Shown: positions 1-9,942, counted from the first letter of the stretch. The stretch: 42,439 nucleotides of DNA from an uncultured Bacilli bacterium (GCA_944363575.1 CALVUJ010000002.1:1-42439), one strand, 5' to 3'. Notes: generated by a model not told the origin, from the sequence alone. A program made the numbers and translations.

Positions 1-398
1 TATGTTTCCGTTACATTACGCCTCTCCACAAACAAAGAAGAAAAATCATTTCTAACACTATTATACTTATAAATATTAACTGAATCATTATCTTTTGTAA
101 CTCCCCAAAACGCATCATAATGATCAATTTCAATTGAAATACTCCTAGCACTATAAAATTCTTTATCTTTTAAACTTTCACCATCCCAAACATCAACACC
201 ATTATAATAACCTGAACTTTCACTAAATTTAGTAATATAATCATAACCAAAAGAAAGAACCTCCACTTTCTTATAAACTTCTTTAACTTCCCCTGCTTCA
301 TAACTATATTCAGCAGCCTTAACATTATTATCATTTAAAAGTGTACAAACAAAACCAACCACCATCATCAAAACGCAAGCCCAAACTTTTTTCATCGT
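1..398 (-). CDS. Secreted protein, N-terminal part (start codon at 398; gene continues beyond window start). Not in ORF track because no stop is reached
   Basis: Manual reverse-complement translation from ATG at 396-398 gives MKKVWACVLMMVVGFVCTLLNDNNVKAAEYSYEAGEVKEVYKK... with no stop to position 1. RBS AGGTGA lies 6 nt upstream. N-terminal signal-peptide-like hydrophobic segment. Confidence 0.55.
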
Positions 399-458
399 AA
401 TCACCTATTTATATAATACTTCATTTTATTTTTACAATCAACTTCTATTATTTAAAGA

Positions 459-486
459 GTGATAAAAAAAGTCCCAAAGGACTTTA
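459..486 (-). terminator. Intrinsic terminator downstream of rnpB (hairpin gtccTTTGggac followed by U-run on the minus strand)
   Basis: Plus strand reads gataaaaaaaGTCCcaaaGGACttt. On the minus-strand transcript this is stem GTCC/GGAC followed by UUUUUUUAUC. Confidence 0.6.
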
Positions 487-830
487 ATGAGCATTCAATT
501 CTATAAGCCATGTTCTGTAATCGATAATCATTTATCTATGCTTACGCATCCCTCTTTAAATTCGTTTCTTTAAAGAAAGTTCCCCTACCAATTTTGGGTT
601 TCTCGCTTGTGGGGTTTACCCGTTCCACCTACTAGTTTCCTAGTAACTCGTCTCTGTGGCACTTTCAGGATTAAACCATATCAAAGACTTAGGTTTAAGA
701 TCCGCCATTAGTTGCTCAAACTATCTAGACTTATTTTTTAATCTAGCACAAACACTACTTCCATCACAGAAAGTGCGAGCATGGACTTTCCTCTACTTCA
801 CTAAAAAGCAGCGATTATCCGAATTGAATA
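487..830 (-). ncRNA. rnpB: RNase P RNA (type B, Firmicutes type)
   Basis: Reverse complement contains GGATAATCGCTGC...GAGGAAAGTCCATGCTCGCAC...GAAAGTGCCACAGAGACGAG...GTGGAACGGGTAAACCCCACAAGCGAGAAACCCAAAATTGGTAGGGGAAC...ACAGAACATGGCTTATAGAA. These match P4 and other universally conserved blocks of B. subtilis RNase P RNA. It lies immediately downstream of gpsB as in B. subtilis. Track ORF 656..844 lies inside it and is spurious. Confidence 0.88.
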
Positions 831-833
831 TTT

Positions 834-1202
834 TTATTTTCTAGCTTCTTCTAACTCCTTACGAGTTTGAAATAATTCACTCTCTAGTTTAGCAATTTTC
901 TTAATTAAATCCAAATTAGAAGTACTATCTACTTTTTCAATCGAATTATTCTTATTTCTCTCCATCTCAAGCCTTGTTTCTAAATCATCTATCTTCGACC
1001 TAAGTGTACTATTAGTTTTCTGCAAAGCCTTATTTTGAGTTTCATAATAATCTCTAATTTCTTCAATAATCTCAAAATTCTTAACTACCTCATCTAAAAA
1101 AGAATCAACTTCTTGAGGAACATATCCTTTATACTGAAGTGAAAATTCCTTATTTACAATCTCCTCACTACTAAGGGTTAACTTCTTCTGCACATTAATC
1201 AA
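834..1202 (-). CDS. gpsB: Cell-cycle protein GpsB (DivIVA-domain protein)
   Basis: N-terminal DivIVA/GpsB motif LSSEEIVNKEFSLQYKGYVPQEVDSFLDEVVKNFE followed by a coiled coil. RBS AGGGGAG upstream. Synteny with rnpB. Confidence 0.75.
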   Translation of the reverse strand: MINVQKKLTLSSEEIVNKEFSLQYKGYVPQEVDSFLDEVVKNFEIIEEIRDYYETQNKALQKTNSTLRSKIDDLETRLEMERNKNNSIEKVDSTSNLDLIKKIAKLESELFQTRKELEEARK

Positions 1203-1277
1203 CTCCCCTTATATTTTATAATAATACACCAAAAAATCAATAACCAAAATAAAAAAGATTGATTAACAATCCTTTCT

Positions 1278-1568
1278 TTAATTTTCTTTTTTAGCTGTTG
1301 ATTTTTTTGCCCCTGTAGAACTTGTTTTAGTTGCTGGCTTCTTTGCAGTAGTTGTTTTCTTAGCAGTAGTCGTTTTCTTAGCAGCTGTTGGTTTCTTAAC
1401 TGTAGCAGTTTCCTTCTCTACTGTAGCTTCAGTAGCAGGCTCTTCCTTAACTTCTTCCTTAACAGGCTCTTCTACAACTTCCTCTTTTACTTCTTCTTTT
1501 GCTTCGCACCCGCAATCACAACTGCACTCTTTCTTTTTCTTACCAAAAATTCTAGCAAACAATCCCAT
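1278..1568 (-). CDS. Small Lys/Thr/Ala-rich protein with N-terminal Cys cluster (CSCDCGCE) and AKKTTT repeats; function unknown
   Basis: ORF with strong RBS (AGGAGG, 9 nt spacing). Low-complexity KTAAKK-like tail reminiscent of histone-H1-like DNA-binding tails. Confidence 0.55.
   Translation of the reverse strand: MGLFARIFGKKKKECSCDCGCEAKEEVKEEVVEEPVKEEVKEEPATEATVEKETATVKKPTAAKKTTTAKKTTTAKKPATKTSSTGAKKSTAKKEN
1345..1398. repeat. Three tandem 18-bp units (gcagtagttgttttctta-like) encoding AKKTTT repeats
   Basis: Direct inspection: gcagtagttgttttctta / gcagtagtcgttttctta / gcagctgttggtttctta. Confidence 0.7.
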
Positions 1569-1636
1569 AAAAAAATCCTCCTATCAATTTAAACATAATT
1601 TTAACATTACCATTTTCACATTACAAGAAAAAAAGC

Positions 1637-2164
1637 CTATTTCCTAAATAATTCTAACTTTCCTGATAATTTACTAGATGTAAAAAACTTTCCCTCTAAA
1701 AAATCTTCATCGCAATTAATAATAAAAGTCCCATATTCTATTTGATCTTTAGAATCCACTCTCCCATTAGGCTTTGATTTATACACTGCATATAACTTCG
1801 TCCCCTGTACATCCGTAGACATCCTACAAGCTAAAGAATCATTCAAAAAATTATCTGTTCGTATTTTTATCTTAATTTCATCTAAATATTGCGTAATAAT
1901 CGTCTCAACTTCATACCTAGCACCATTTTCTAAAATCATTTGCCCCTGCCATTTACCACCAATATCAATAACTTTATGCATTTTATTAAATGGCTTAACT
2001 CGCCACAAAACTCTTGTATACAAAACCATGCCCACAAAAACAATTGCCGCTACTATTGAAGCAATACGCACTAACATAACAGGATTATCACCTGGCTTCA
2101 TTGCTACAAAAAGAATAAAAGAAAGAAAAATCGTAAAAATAGCAACAATCTTATTTTTGCCCAT
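1637..2164 (-). CDS. Membrane protein: two N-terminal TM helices plus ~120-aa soluble domain; uncharacterized
   Basis: ORF. Hydrophobic segments IVAIFTIFLSFILFVAM and IASIVAAIVFVGMVLY. Overlaps upstream gene by 14 nt (operon). Confidence 0.55.
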   Translation of the reverse strand: MGKNKIVAIFTIFLSFILFVAMKPGDNPVMLVRIASIVAAIVFVGMVLYTRVLWRVKPFNKMHKVIDIGGKWQGQMILENGARYEVETIITQYLDEIKIKIRTDNFLNDSLACRMSTDVQGTKLYAVYKSKPNGRVDSKDQIEYGTFIINCDEDFLEGKFFTSSKLSGKLELFRK

Positions 2165-2807
2165 TAACTTGATCCTCTACAAAATTTGCATTATCCAAAC
2201 TACGAGTAAATACTTCAACAGATTTCACCCTAGCCCTATTCATTCTTGCAATAAAACATAACACACTAGTAAACAAACCAAAGAAAGTGAAAATCCACAC
2301 GATAAACATCACATAACTAATAATCGCTGGAATAGTAAAAGCAGGATCAGGCCATTTAGCAACATAAGGCCAATCTATAGGAAAATTCTTAATCCCAAAA
2401 AATTCCCCTCTAGGCCAATCAAAATCAATAAATACCGTTTTAATGCTCTCTCCAACATAACCAAAAAGATTATCTTCTCCACTAGGTTTAGCCACAAACG
2501 TATAGATTAAAAAGCCTACCATACACACAATAAACACTCTAAGAACCCATCTAGTCCTTTTATATAAAACTTTTGTTTCTTTCTTAAAAACTTCTTTTCT
2601 AAATTCTCTAGGAGTAGTAACAAGTTTAGCACTACACAAATCATGCATATACCCATCAATACCCTTCGCATATTTCCCCATCAAAGATTTAATACCTTGA
2701 CCAATATAAGCAATTAAAACAAAAACAAGAATAAGCACAATACAAAGTGCTATTAAAATTCGTTTATCTTTTTCTGTTAACTGAATTAAAAAATTAAGAT
2801 AACTCAT
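2151..2807 (-). CDS. Polytopic membrane protein, uncharacterized
   Basis: ORF with several hydrophobic helices. ATGA overlap with the upstream gene. Confidence 0.55.
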   Translation of the reverse strand: MSYLNFLIQLTEKDKRILIALCIVLILVFVLIAYIGQGIKSLMGKYAKGIDGYMHDLCSAKLVTTPREFRKEVFKKETKVLYKRTRWVLRVFIVCMVGFLIYTFVAKPSGEDNLFGYVGESIKTVFIDFDWPRGEFFGIKNFPIDWPYVAKWPDPAFTIPAIISYVMFIVWIFTFFGLFTSVLCFIARMNRARVKSVEVFTRSLDNANFVEDQVNGQK

Positions 2808-3118
2808 TTATTATCTCCACCTTCCTGCTCACTAACGTTAACCCTTTCAGGATTACTTTCATACTGATAAACGACTTGTGCTGATGCCTCTACTACACTA
2901 TTTTCTTTTTTAGACATCCGCATTTCCTTAAGTTTCTTTTCTAATTCAGTCTCCGTAGTAAATGTATTGCCAAAGAAAAAGCCAACAAAATTAATAACCT
3001 CTAACACTAAATAATTTAAAACAGTATAAACTAAAACTATACCAAAAAAAACAACCATTAAAGGAAACAATATCGTATATAAAATACCCAAACCAAACAT
3101 TTTAATAAACTCTAACAT
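2804..3118 (-). CDS. Small 2-TM membrane protein with acidic C-terminal tail, uncharacterized
   Basis: ORF. RBS AAGGAGGG. Hydrophobic N-terminal half. Confidence 0.55.
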   Translation of the reverse strand: MLEFIKMFGLGILYTILFPLMVVFFGIVLVYTVLNYLVLEVINFVGFFFGNTFTTETELEKKLKEMRMSKKENSVVEASAQVVYQYESNPERVNVSEQEGGDNK

Positions 3119-3168
3119 TTTTCCGTTCCCTCCTTCAACAATATTATTTTATCTCATTTAACACACTT

Positions 3169-4029
3169 TTAAAAGTTTTTTCCTTTATTGTCTTCAAAAT
3201 TATTAATAACGAAAGGACTAAAAATAAATAAAGGAATCATTAAATAATTTAACGGGTTAATAAATTTTATAACTAAAATACTCAAAAAAATGCTAACAAT
3301 AATTAAAATATTAGTTAAAATCTTATATTTATAATTCATGATCCCATAAACAATATAAGGAACTAAAAAAACAATTATCAAAAACATCGCAAATACACTA
3401 TACAAAACATCCACTAAAACTAAAACAATAAACAATACAAGACTAACTATAAGCCCCCACAAAAACCATTTAGGTACACGTTCGCTTTTCTCTACTCTTC
3501 CAGCAAACTTAGCCATCTCACTATCACTAACTATATGCACTAAAAAAGCTTCACAAAACCCTAAAACAAACAAAAAAGACAATGCAACAACCACAAGTTC
3601 CTTGCCACTAACCCCAAATAAAGATGCAAAAATACCCATAAAATCAACTTCTTTAAAAAGCCCGGCGATAACTAAAAAAGAAAATAGCAAACTAAAAATA
3701 TGCCCTACACTACTTATACATAATAACTCTAATTCTTTAAACTTTTTCTTCCTCAAAACACCATACAAAACCCCACAAACTAAAGAAGGCACAATATAAA
3801 TAAAAGTACTCACAACATCAAATAAAGAACATACCAAAACACTAGAAATAACAAACATTACTACATACTTACTATCACACTTAAAAGTATATATTGTCGA
3901 TAATAAAGGTAAAAAAAGCACTAAAAGCAGTTCACTGCCCACGATAAGTTTACTCATTAAAAGAAATATCACATGTAAACACGCAAATAGCCCACCTAAT
4001 GCTAAATAATTATTTTTCATTTTACCCAT
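3169..4029 (-). CDS. Polytopic (about 8 TM) membrane protein, uncharacterized
   Basis: ORF, extremely hydrophobic throughout. Confidence 0.55.
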   Translation of the reverse strand: MGKMKNNYLALGGLFACLHVIFLLMSKLIVGSELLLVLFLPLLSTIYTFKCDSKYVVMFVISSVLVCSLFDVVSTFIYIVPSLVCGVLYGVLRKKKFKELELLCISSVGHIFSLLFSFLVIAGLFKEVDFMGIFASLFGVSGKELVVVALSFLFVLGFCEAFLVHIVSDSEMAKFAGRVEKSERVPKWFLWGLIVSLVLFIVLVLVDVLYSVFAMFLIIVFLVPYIVYGIMNYKYKILTNILIIVSIFLSILVIKFINPLNYLMIPLFIFSPFVINNFEDNKGKNF

Positions 4030-4142
4030 CCTGATACCACTAAATAAATATCATAAATTAAAATAATAGAAAAAAGAACAATTAAAAAGATAATTAATCC
4101 CCTAACTCTTCTTCTAGCAATTTTCTTCTTTTCTTCTTCCAT
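4017..4142 (-). CDS. Possible 41-aa single-TM micro-protein (MEEEKKKIARRRVRGLIIFLIVLFSIILIYDIYLVVSGWVK)
   Basis: Internal ATG of track ORF 4017..4223 preceded by AGGGGTAG. Lies just after the asnS stop. The longer 68-aa version would overlap asnS and is unlikely. Confidence 0.3.
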   Translation of the reverse strand: MEEEKKKIARRRVRGLIIFLIVLFSIILIYDIYLVVSGWVK

Positions 4143-4152
4143 TATACTACCC

Positions 4153-5547
4153 CTAGAACAATAAATTTTTTGGTGTTCTAGCAAATGGAATAACATCTCT
4201 AATATTTTGCATTCCAGTAACATACATTACAAGTCTTTCAAACCCTACACCAAAACCAGCATGCTTACAACCACCAAATCTCCTTAAATCAAGATACCAC
4301 TCTAAACCATCTTTCTTCATATGAAGTTCATCCATTCTCTTAACTAAATAATCATATCTCTCTTCCCTTTGAGAACCACCAATTAACTCACCAACAAAAG
4401 GCACTAACAAATCACATGCTGCAACAGTCTTATTATCATCATTCAAACGCATATAAAAAGCCTTAATATCTTTAGGATAATTAATTAAGAAAACAGGCCC
4501 ACCAACAACCTTTTCACAAATATATCTTTCATGCTCTGATTGCAAATCCATTCCCCAATAAATATTCTTATCCTCAAACTCATGACCCTTCTTAACAGCT
4601 TTTAATAACTCTTCAATTGCTTCACTATATGACATTTTCTTAAACTCACTATTTAAAACATGACTTAATCTTTCTAGTAATGTATTATCAATCATCTTAT
4701 TAAAAAATTCCATTTCTTCAGGACAATTTTCTAAAACAGAATTAATACAATACTTGATTAAATCCTCTGCTAAAAGCATATCATCATCCAAATCTGCAAA
4801 CGCAATCTCTGGTTCAATCATCCAAAACTCACTTGCATGCCTAACCGTATTAGAATTCTCAGCTCTAAAAGTAGGCCCAAACGTATAAACATCCCTAAAA
4901 GCTAACGCATATGCCTCCGCATTTAACTGCCCTGAAACAGTAAGAGAAGCCTTCTTCCCAAAAAAATCTTCTTCATATTTATTATCTTCTCTAGTAGTAA
5001 CAATAAAAGCCTCTCCTGCCCCTTCAGCATCATTACCAGTAATAATTGGTGAATTTACATACACAAATCCTTGAGATTGAAAAAACTCATGAATAGCCAT
5101 TGCTAGCACACTTCTAACTCTAAATACAGCATTAAAAGTATTGGTCCTAGGTCTTAAATGAGCAATCTCTCTTAAAAACTCAAACCCATGTCTTTTCTTT
5201 TGTAAAGGATAATCTTCACTACAATCACCCTCTAAAACAATCTCCTTAACTTGCACTTCAAAAGGTTGCTTATTCTCTGGAGTTAGAACAAACTTCCCCA
5301 TTACCGTTACTGCACATCCTGTACCATACCTAGCATACTCATCAAAATGCTTATTATCCTTACTATAAACTAATTGGGCATTCTTAAAATATGTTCCATC
5401 ATTTAACTCAATAAAACCAATCGCTCCATTATTTCTATTAGTCCTAACCCAACCTTGTAACTCTATATAATCCAAATTATCTTTTTCTAATTCCACATCA
5501 TTATTTACTAACTCATACAATTCCCTAATAGTCATATATTCAAACAT
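4153..5547 (-). CDS. asnS: Asparagine--tRNA ligase
   Basis: Class II aaRS motifs and the AsnRS N-terminal anticodon-binding OB fold ([25 protein letters not shown]). C-terminal [15 protein letters not shown]. The track start is TTG at 5562; ATG at 5547 with a GGGGG RBS 8 nt upstream is the more likely start. Confidence 0.9.
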   Translation of the reverse strand: MFEYMTIRELYELVNNDVELEKDNLDYIELQGWVRTNRNNGAIGFIELNDGTYFKNAQLVYSKDNKHFDEYARYGTGCAVTVMGKFVLTPENKQPFEVQVKEIVLEGDCSEDYPLQKKRHGFEFLREIAHLRPRTNTFNAVFRVRSVLAMAIHEFFQSQGFVYVNSPIITGNDAEGAGEAFIVTTREDNKYEEDFFGKKASLTVSGQLNAEAYALAFRDVYTFGPTFRAENSNTVRHASEFWMIEPEIAFADLDDDMLLAEDLIKYCINSVLENCPEEMEFFNKMIDNTLLERLSHVLNSEFKKMSYSEAIEELLKAVKKGHEFEDKNIYWGMDLQSEHERYICEKVVGGPVFLINYPKDIKAFYMRLNDDNKTVAACDLLVPFVGELIGGSQREERYDYLVKRMDELHMKKDGLEWYLDLRRFGGCKHAGFGVGFERLVMYVTGMQNIRDVIPFARTPKNLLF

Positions 5548-5602
5548 ATCTATAACCCCCAATACTATTCTAGCATTTTCTAATTTTTTTAAATATAAAA
5601 CC

Positions 5603-6439
5603 CTAACATTCTTTTAACTTTATAACCACTATTCTATCATTACCATTAACATCTTTATAACAATTAACCTCATAATTATCTAAATATTTCTCACAAAGCC
5701 CAAAAACACCATCTTTTTGATCAAACCCAATCTCTAACAACAAAACACCACCAACAACCAAAATCTCTTTTAAATCCTTAATAACCCTTTCATAATTACT
5801 TAATCCATTATCATCTGCATACAACGCTACACTAGGCTCATGCTTAACAATATCATTAACCACATAATCCTTACTAATATACGGTGGATTACACACAATT
5901 ACCTCAAACTTATCTTTACCCTTAAAAGGCTCCAACAAATCACCCAAAACCAACTCTACATCCACCTTATTATCCTTAACATTCATCTTCGCTACTTCTA
6001 AAGCCTCTTTACTTATATCACTAGCTACCACCTTAATATTATCTCTACTCTTCTTTAAAGCAACTGCAATTGCCCCACTACCAGTACACAAATCTAACAC
6101 TTTATCTTCATCTTTAATATACTCTAAAGCTTTTTCCACTAACTCCTCTGTCTCATCCCTAGGAATAAGCACAAACTCATTAACACTAATTTTATTACCA
6201 TAAAAATAAGTATACCCTAAAATATATTCAATAGGCTTTAAATCAATAATATAATCCGCCAACATCTCGCTAAACCTCTCCAAAACCTGATCATCAACAA
6301 TCTCATCTCTCATAAGCATAATCTTTGTTCTATCAACCTTTAAAATATCTTCTAAAAACAAATAAATACAACGATGCTCTAATTGATTAAGATCTAATTT
6401 TTTCTTCGCATTTTCAAATAGTTTAGCATACGTAATCAT
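5603..6439 (-). CDS. prmC: Release-factor glutamine N5-methyltransferase PrmC/HemK
   Basis: SAM motif [15 protein letters not shown] and NPPY substrate motif ([12 protein letters not shown]). Translationally coupled downstream of prfA (4-nt overlap). Confidence 0.88.
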   Translation of the reverse strand: MITYAKLFENAKKKLDLNQLEHRCIYLFLEDILKVDRTKIMLMRDEIVDDQVLERFSEMLADYIIDLKPIEYILGYTYFYGNKISVNEFVLIPRDETEELVEKALEYIKDEDKVLDLCTGSGAIAVALKKSRDNIKVVASDISKEALEVAKMNVKDNKVDVELVLGDLLEPFKGKDKFEVIVCNPPYISKDYVVNDIVKHEPSVALYADDNGLSNYERVIKDLKEILVVGGVLLLEIGFDQKDGVFGLCEKYLDNYEVNCYKDVNGNDRIVVIKLKEC

Positions 6440-7515
6440 AACCCTTGCCCCTCTAATCTAAGTTTTAAATCAGCATTAACAAGTGCTTCCAAAAGACCAT
6501 CTAAATTACCTTCCATAATCATATCCAATTGTTGTAAATTAAGCCCGATACGATGATCACTAACCCTGTTTTGAGGATAGTTATAAGTCCTAATCTTCTC
6601 ACTACGATCACCAGTACCTATCTTACTCTTTCTTTCACTACTTCTTTCTTTCTCTGCCGCTTGAAGCATACTATCCATAACTCTCGTTCTAATCATCATC
6701 ATCGCCTTAGCTTTATTTTCGTGCTGTGATCTACCATCCTGGCACTCTGCTACAATACCCGTAGGAAGATGGGTTATCCTAACAGCAGAATCCGTTTTAT
6801 TAATATGTTGCCCACCAGCACCACTCGCCCGATAAGTATCAATCTTTAAATCATTTGGATTAATCTCTACATCTATCTCCTCAGCTTCAGGCATTACAAG
6901 AACTGTCGCTGTTGAAGTATGTATCCTACCTTGCGATTCTGTCTTAGGAACCCTTTGAACACGATGTGCACCAGACTCATACTTTAACTTAGAATAAACT
7001 TTATCTCCTCTAACCATAAAAGAAACTAAAGAATACCCTCCTGCTTCTGACTCCATTACATCTAACACATCTATTTTCCAACCAACATTCTCTGCATAAC
7101 GAGTATACATCCTAAACAAATCACCAGCAAAAATATTCGCCTCATCGCCTCCAGCAGCCCCTCTAATCTCTACAATAACATTACGATCATCCAATGGATC
7201 TTTAGGAGCTAACAAAACTTCTAACTCTTCTTTAATACTTGCTAAATGATCTTCAGCCTGCACTAACTCTTCTTTAGCTAAACTAGCCATCTCTTCATCA
7301 CTATCTTGCTTCAAGACTTCTAACTCTTTAATATTATTTTCTTCTTTTAAATACTCATTATATTTATCTACTGCATCTTTTAAAGAAGCTTGCTCTTTTG
7401 CTAAACTCGTATATTTTTTAATATCCTTAATTAAATTTTCATCTTCTAACATCTTATCAATCTCAAGATATCTTTTTTTCATTGCTTCTAATCTTTCTCT
7501 CATTTTATCACTCAT
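6436..7515 (-). CDS. prfA: Peptide chain release factor 1
   Basis: GGQ motif (SGAGGQHINKTDSAV) and RF1 PxT-region family similarity. Start reassigned to MSDKM (AAGGGGGA RBS); the track N-terminal extension is not supported. Confidence 0.92.
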   Translation of the reverse strand: MSDKMRERLEAMKKRYLEIDKMLEDENLIKDIKKYTSLAKEQASLKDAVDKYNEYLKEENNIKELEVLKQDSDEEMASLAKEELVQAEDHLASIKEELEVLLAPKDPLDDRNVIVEIRGAAGGDEANIFAGDLFRMYTRYAENVGWKIDVLDVMESEAGGYSLVSFMVRGDKVYSKLKYESGAHRVQRVPKTESQGRIHTSTATVLVMPEAEEIDVEINPNDLKIDTYRASGAGGQHINKTDSAVRITHLPTGIVAECQDGRSQHENKAKAMMMIRTRVMDSMLQAAEKERSSERKSKIGTGDRSEKIRTYNYPQNRVSDHRIGLNLQQLDMIMEGNLDGLLEALVNADLKLRLEGQGL

Positions 7516-7556
7516 AAAACTTTCCCCCTTAAATATTATATGAAACAAATCAACAA

Positions 7557-7590
7557 ATAAAAAACCATTTGCATCTCACAAATGGCTTTT
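7557..7590 (-). terminator. Intrinsic terminator after rpmE (stem CCATTTG/CAAATGG)
   Basis: Minus-strand transcript has AAAAGCCATTTGtgagatgCAAATGGTTTTTTATTTG. Confidence 0.6.
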
Positions 7591-7608
7591 ATCACACTTC
7601 AAAAAAAT

Positions 7609-7818
7609 CTACTTTTGTTCCATATTATATTTTTTCATGAAACGTCCTACTCTACCATCTGTTTGAGCAAATCTTTGCTTACCAGTATAAAATGGATGAC
7701 AGTTAGAACAAGTATCTACTCTTATTTCATCTAAAGTAGAACCAGTTTGAAAAGTATTACCACATGTAATGCAAGTAACTGTAACTGTCTTATAATTTGG
7801 ATGTCCCTCTTTTTTCAT
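7609..7818 (-). CDS. rpmE: 50S ribosomal protein L31 (Zn-ribbon type A)
   Basis: CxxC...CxxC (CITCGNTF...[12 protein letters not shown]), 69 aa. Confidence 0.9.
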   Translation of the reverse strand: MKKEGHPNYKTVTVTCITCGNTFQTGSTLDEIRVDTCSNCHPFYTGKQRFAQTDGRVGRFMKKYNMEQK

Positions 7819-7928
7819 TCTTATCTCTCCTTCCGCCTTGAAAATATTACCTTTTCAAAGTAAGTCCTATGTATGATATCACAAACATTTTCACTATTCA
7901 AGAATAAATAACAATTTTTCCTCACCCC

Positions 7929-8681
7929 TTATTCACTAAAATAATTATTCCTCATCACACTAAACACATACTCCTGTCCTATCTGATTTAAATATATTTG
8001 ATACTTACTAAACATATTTTCCTCCTTACTAACCTCACTAATATCCACATAATATACACTCATTAACTCACTAACTTCTCTAATACTATCATTAAGCATC
8101 TCAAAAACTTCCTTAACCCCATCTACCTTCTCCTCTTCAACCCACAAAAAAGGACAATAATACCCTATCAAATACACACTAGCACCCTCATTAATATCCT
8201 TAATCTCTTCCACAATCTCATAATAATTTTGCTGCATAATCTCTAACTTCCTCTTAACAAACTCCTTATCATAAATAACTTCTTCCTTATTACTATCAAA
8301 CCTCAAATATCCTAAAATATCATTCATCCCCACACTAATAGTAATATATTTACTATCCTTAATCAAAGACATCAACCCTGTATCACTACCATTATAAGCA
8401 TCCTTAACAATCATCTCCAATAACATCGAACTATCTACATTAGACATCGTATAATCATCATTAAAATTATTAACTTTCTCTTCACCAATAAAATACTCCC
8501 CTAACAAACTAGAAAAAGAAGTAATTTGTTCCCCCTTCAAATCTCCACTAACACTTAAATAATCACCCAACGCAAGATAAGTATCTAACTTCTTATTAAA
8601 AGTAAAAATACGCATTAAAGCTACCAAAATAGCTATCACACTAAAAACAACAATCAAATACCTAATTACCTTATTCTTCAT
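7929..8681 (-). CDS. Membrane-anchored SGNH/GDSL-hydrolase-like protein with non-canonical block I (GDY instead of GDS)
   Basis: N-terminal TM. Block I-like LALGDYLSVSG and block III-like SVGMNDI. 11-nt overlap with murA (operon). Confidence 0.45.
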   Translation of the reverse strand: MKNKVIRYLIVVFSVIAILVALMRIFTFNKKLDTYLALGDYLSVSGDLKGEQITSFSSLLGEYFIGEEKVNNFNDDYTMSNVDSSMLLEMIVKDAYNGSDTGLMSLIKDSKYITISVGMNDILGYLRFDSNKEEVIYDKEFVKRKLEIMQQNYYEIVEEIKDINEGASVYLIGYYCPFLWVEEEKVDGVKEVFEMLNDSIREVSELMSVYYVDISEVSKEENMFSKYQIYLNQIGQEYVFSVMRNNYFSE

Positions 8682-9942
8682 CGCCCATATCCCTCTTCAA
8701 ACTAATATCCGCTCCTACTTTCCTTAACTTATAAACTAAATCACTATACCCTCTTTTAATATACTTAACACCATCCACCTTACTCTCCTCTTTAGCTAAT
8801 AAACTAGCCAAAACTAAACTTATACCCCCTCTTAAATCTTTACCACTAACTTCTTTCCCAACAAAAGACCTCTTACCCTCAACAATAATTTCATCATCCA
8901 CCAATTTAATATTCGCCCCCATCATATTCAAACTATCAATATGACTCAACCTTGCTGGATAAATCGTTTCTTTAACTACACTTTCCCCATCACACAACGA
9001 TAAAAGAACCGTTAAAGGTTGCTGTAAATCCGTAGGAAACCCTGGATATGGCTCCACTAATACCCTAACACTCTTATAATAGTCTCCCTTACTAACTATC
9101 AAACAATTTTTACCCTCAACAACTTTAACTCCAATATCCCTTAAAACTTTAATCACACTACCTAAACACTTAACATCAACATTACTAATCTTCAAATTAT
9201 TACCAACCAATCCACCAATTATCATAAAAGTTCCTGCTTCAATACGATCAAACATCACTTTATACTCACACTCATGCAATTTTCTAACACCCTCAACAAC
9301 TATATCCTCATCACACCTCTTAATTTTACCCCCACATTTATTTAAAAAATTAATCACTTCATCTACTTCCGGCTCTAATGAACAATTTCTTATAATTATT
9401 TTCCCTTTAATTCTACAACTAGCTAACAAAGCATTAATCGTCGCCCCAACAGACTTTTTACTAAAAACAATTTCTTTAATTTCTTTTTTCTCTTTTTTAA
9501 AACAATACAATTTATCCTCACAAGTATAATTAACCCCTAAACACTCAAAAGCATATAAATGTAAATCAATAGGTCTCGTCCCAAAATTACACCCGCCTGG
9601 CCCTAAAGCCTTAACATTATCATATAAAGAAAGCAAAGCTCCCATAAAATAATAAGAAGCTCTCATCTCCAACATTTCCTTATTATCTAACTTAACATTT
9701 CGCACTTTCCTAGCATCAATATACAAACAACCTTTATTATCATACAAAACCTTAACATTAAGCTTATCTAAAATCTTTAATAACGTATACGTATCATCGA
9801 TAGGCTTAACATTCTCTAACTTAACAATTGACTTAGTTAAAATAGACGCTGGAATTAACGCTACTAACGCATTCTTAGCCCCATCTATCTTAACTTCACC
9901 GCTTAAAACCCTATCTCCTTTAATACATAACATTTCTTTCAT
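8671..9942 (-). CDS. murA: UDP-N-acetylglucosamine 1-carboxyvinyltransferase
   Basis: MurA family fold with active-site Cys region PGGCNFGTRPIDLH. ~420 aa. Confidence 0.9.
   Translation of the reverse strand: MKEMLCIKGDRVLSGEVKIDGAKNALVALIPASILTKSIVKLENVKPIDDTYTLLKILDKLNVKVLYDNKGCLYIDARKVRNVKLDNKEMLEMRASYYFMGALLSLYDNVKALGPGGCNFGTRPIDLHLYAFECLGVNYTCEDKLYCFKKEKKEIKEIVFSKKSVGATINALLASCRIKGKIIIRNCSLEPEVDEVINFLNKCGGKIKRCDEDIVVEGVRKLHECEYKVMFDRIEAGTFMIIGGLVGNNLKISNVDVKCLGSVIKVLRDIGVKVVEGKNCLIVSKGDYYKSVRVLVEPYPGFPTDLQQPLTVLLSLCDGESVVKETIYPARLSHIDSLNMMGANIKLVDDEIIVEGKRSFVGKEVSGKDLRGGISLVLASLLAKEESKVDGVKYIKRGYSDLVYKLRKVGADISLKRDMGDEE

Noticed and set aside
656-844. 62-aa plus-strand ORF
   Set aside because: Lies entirely within the minus-strand rnpB (RNase P RNA) gene. 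No RBS. Spurious.
2028-2261. Antisense or overlapping short ORFs 2028..2261, 3602..3799, 17212..17406, 20041..20277, 22325..22534, 27058..27426, 35905..36141
   Set aside because: Each lies within or antisense to a well-supported longer CDS, has no RBS, and has composition typical of AT-rich reverse frames.
4017-4223. Full 68-aa version of the small ORF overlapping asnS
   Set aside because: It would overlap the asnS 3' end by 70 nt in another frame. Only the 41-aa internal-start version (4017-4142) is plausible, and that is retained at low confidence.
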